Of a DNA stretch of 64,000 nucleotides, positions 63,546-64,000 are shown piece by piece. The stretch spans positions 62,001 through 126,000 of the forward strand of contig NW_026858416.1 in assembly GCF_026571515.1 (NCBI RefSeq). Reading direction: 5' to 3'. The notes under the pieces were generated by a model. It was not told where the DNA came from, did not search any database, and was given only the letters and a program-made list of their open reading frames with translations. Origin of the DNA: Ruditapes philippinarum. Taxonomy: Eukaryota. Each line of letters starts with the position of its first letter. Within the stretch, counting starts at the first letter, position 1. The translations under genes and the position numbers were made by a program.

Positions 63546-63687
63546 CACCTTGTGGCTGGGGTTGCCCTAAAGTGCTAATGCATCAGACATGCATCACTGT
63601 TTATCCCTGTGTGGTCGCAAGAGGCGACTAATTATGATTACTGGTGTTGCTTTAAATGTGTAACAACCGAGGCTATCCAAAATCAGC
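63546..63687 (+). mobile_element. Second, 3'-truncated copy of the GTCG(T/C)AAGAGGCGACTAA element
   Basis: ccttgtggctggggttgcc...ccctgtgtggtcgcaagaggcgactaa...taacaaccgaggctatccaaaatc aligns with the reverse complement of 755-929. Confidence 0.55.
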
Positions 63688-64000
63688 GTTTAAATTGTGT
63701 TGATGCATCTTCAAAACTGAATAGAACAAAAATGCTAAGCCAACTATATCCAACCACATAGCTATAACTAGCCAGCGCAATTTTGTCAGGCACTATACCG
63801 TCTGAAATTATTTGTCTGTTGTTTCACAACTAACCAGAATTAAATTAAAATAATTTGTAAGCATTCAAGTATCTTTTTCGAATTTGTACTCAAAAATTTA
63901 GAACGATAAGTTAACGTATTATTATTGGTCAAGTATAATCTTTATCTAAGACTCTTAATTGAAGAATCAAAATTTGCATAACATCATAGAAGATCATTAA

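Overview
AT-rich (~70% AT) eukaryotic genomic DNA. The repeat types and the B-box/beta-propeller genes suggest a bivalve mollusc (inference). The window holds a cluster of TRIM/NHL-like genes with no RING finger. At 2.3-4.2 kb is an intronless B-box1/B-box2/coiled-coil ORF whose C-terminal propeller has decayed. Five paralogues (A-E) of a two-coding-exon gene follow. Exon 1 encodes an acidic, Ser-rich head and a single B-box1-like zinc finger. After a ~230-280 bp phase-2 GT-AG intron, exon 2 encodes a low-complexity linker and a six-bladed NHL-like beta-propeller; no coiled coil is visible. Copy A (minus strand, 10.1-11.9 kb) is frameshifted. Copies B and C (31-41 kb) are a tandem duplicate pair with complementary lesions: B has an intact exon 1, C an intact exon 2. 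Copies D and E (54-62 kb) are intact, and D has an 89-aa internal duplication carrying four YxxI motifs. Both tandem-duplication junctions can be located. Comparing the duplicates exposes several SINE/MITE insertions with empty sites. The window also has two tandem arrays, two copies of a small LINE-like element with a structured 5' motif, a low-quality segment and an N gap.
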